In this document: positions 48,901 through 50,652 of the stretch, piece after piece
Layout: every line of letters begins with the position of its first letter
Numbering within the stretch: the stretch's first letter is position 1
Source: Octopus bimaculoides
Lineage: Eukaryota
Direction: 5' to 3'
Assembly (NCBI RefSeq): GCF_001194135.2
Contig: NC_068995.1
Span: forward strand, 27,732,471-27,783,122
DNA length: 50,652 bases
Translations under genes and position numbers: made by a program
Notes under the pieces: generated by a model
The model's input: the letters and a program-made list of their open reading frames with translations, nothing else
What the model was told of the DNA's origin: nothing
Databases searched by the model: none

Positions 48901-50624
48901 TTTGGGTTAAAAAAAAGGAATCCCTACCCATACTGCTAATAGGTTACAGTGCTGGCGTATGATATCATTATAGTACGATTTCAAGATTAAGTATATACCA
49001 TCCAGGTAATTATGCCATGTGGATTGTTTATCAAGGCTGATTTCATAAAATGCCGAACCATTTGAAGATACTGTGATTGCTGCTATGTGAGTGGAAAATT
49101 AAATCAAAAATGTTTTGTGTAATGTCATTTGTGAACTGCCAGGTACTTCACAAGACATAAAATTAAAATGAGAAAACGATAAATTCATAAAAATAATGAA
49201 AGAAATGCTAAAGGCTAAAAGAGATAAAAATATGCACAACACAAATGCATACCTTTTCTCAATGTGTGACAATGTGTTGATGTATGCACAAAGAGTCGTA
49301 GTGTCAGTCACACTACAAAAGCGATTATTAAAAGAATTTCATATTGGTCACCCAGGGATTTTCAGAATGAAATCCATTAATGAGAAGTTATGTATATTGG
49401 CCAACAATGGACCGTGACATTGAGGAATTGGTGAAAGCATGCAGAGGGTGTTCCTTAGCTGCAAAAATGCCTACCCCTAAATGGCAACTATGGGCAAAAC
49501 CAGATACCTATGGGTCAGACAGCATGTTGATTATGCAGGTTCACTTAAGATTCCATATTACCTTGTTGTGGTGGACTGTTTTTGAAAGTCGCCGGAAGTG
49601 TGTAAATGTAAAAAGTTGACATCTGTGGTTACAATAAGCTTTTTACATGAATTGTTCACTACGTATGGTATTCCTGATACCATTGTGTCTGATAATGGAA
49701 CTCAATTTACTTCAGATGAGTTCAGAAAATTTTGTGAAATGTTCATTATCGAACATGTGACCACTCCGCGATATCATCTTAGGTCAAATGGACAAGCGGA
49801 GCGTTTTGTTGACACTTTCAGGAGGGTGTTGAAAAAGCGAACAATGAAGTGATGGACTATTTTGCACTTCAACCATTTCTGAGTGTGTACCAAGTAACAC
49901 CTTATCCAAATACACCATTGGGAATGTCACCCACAGAATTGATGTTTGCTAGAAAAGTCAGCTCTGCCTTTGATAAACTGATATCAAGTGAAACTAATAA
50001 AGGCAAATAAAACAAAACACTTCAAAATTCTTTAAGTTAGGTGACAAAGTTTTTTTTTTTTAAACCTGTAGATATGGTAAAGAAAGCCGGAAGGACAGTG
50101 TAATTATTAAACAAATTGGAAGAATGTTATTCCTGGTAAAAGGAAGAAATTGTCAAAGAAAAGACATATTAACCAATTTTAAAAAAGATACACTGATAAA
50201 ACAGTCACGAGAAATGAAATCCCCATGAAAGTATTGTATATGTTTGAGGTACCCATACCCAAACTATTTGAAACTACATGTTCTAGCATCAGAAAACAGA
50301 AAAGAACAGAAACACTGGAATTAGACCCTAAACATAGGAGATATAAAAACTCTGTGCAGAGTTCAATTCTCAAAAGGGAGAAGATAGGGGTGACTAATTC
50401 TAAAAAGGGGAGATGTTGCGGAAGGGTTCTGACCACCCCTCAAGTGACTAAGTGGATTGACTTATCGTTATAAAATAAAGAACTGTGAGTGACTGGCAGT
50501 TCGGGTTGGTAAGCAGTTCACTGTGTGCCATTGAGTCTTATGTAATAGTAATATTGTAGTGCATCATGTAAATACTTTCTTTCCTCCTTGCTTCATTAAA
50601 TTATATATCCAACACCAGGATATG
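45961..50624 (+). mobile_element. Near full-length decayed Gypsy LTR retrotransposon (Mag / K02A2.6-like): 5' LTR 45961-46178, 3' LTR 50414-50624
   Basis: Paired LTRs; PBS-like TGGTGAGGAG at 46183; PPT AAAAAGGGGAGA at 50402-50413; gag (FSAYFRRYKEIF; CYGCGGLHFKSNC), protease (LQLDT), RT (YLDDIL near 48248), RNase H (VVASDTS), integrase (RSYVYWPTMDRDIE; DNGTQFTS; SNGQAERFVDTF); many frameshifts; no TSD seen. Confidence 0.93.
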
Positions 50625-50652
50625 TTTTTGTGTGTGTTTCCCCCCCCCCCCC

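Overview
AT-rich animal genomic DNA from a gapped draft assembly (8 N-gaps). The SINE, RTE and microsatellite content is typical of coleoid cephalopods, most likely Octopus (inference). The window is the interior of a + strand nucleoporin NUP205 gene. Five GT-AG coding exons (4575-4660, 7500-7725, 17281-17451, 33542-33654, 39769-39831) splice into one frame matching the N-terminal third of Nup205; earlier and later exons were not found in the window. The introns (2.8, 9.6, 16.1, 6.1 and >10.8 kb) are largely decayed mobile elements: RTE-clade LINEs and their 3' ends, Penelope-like elements, three Gypsy LTR elements (one with both LTRs), Tc1/mariner elements of three catalytic classes (mariner, DD37D, DD41D-type), piggyBac, hAT and pogo-type elements, and SINEs. 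Most ORFs in the supplied track are spurious or TE fragments. The most notable unexplained signals are: a minimal type I hammerhead ribozyme antisense to NUP205 (23560-23617); a fold-back duplication (44591-45391); a template-switch-like misplaced gag/protease block in the Gypsy element (46683-47019); a 209-bp hairpin (43176-43384); and several inverted-repeat pairs that could form dsRNA in the pre-mRNA. No databases or folding programs were run; identities are by-eye estimates.
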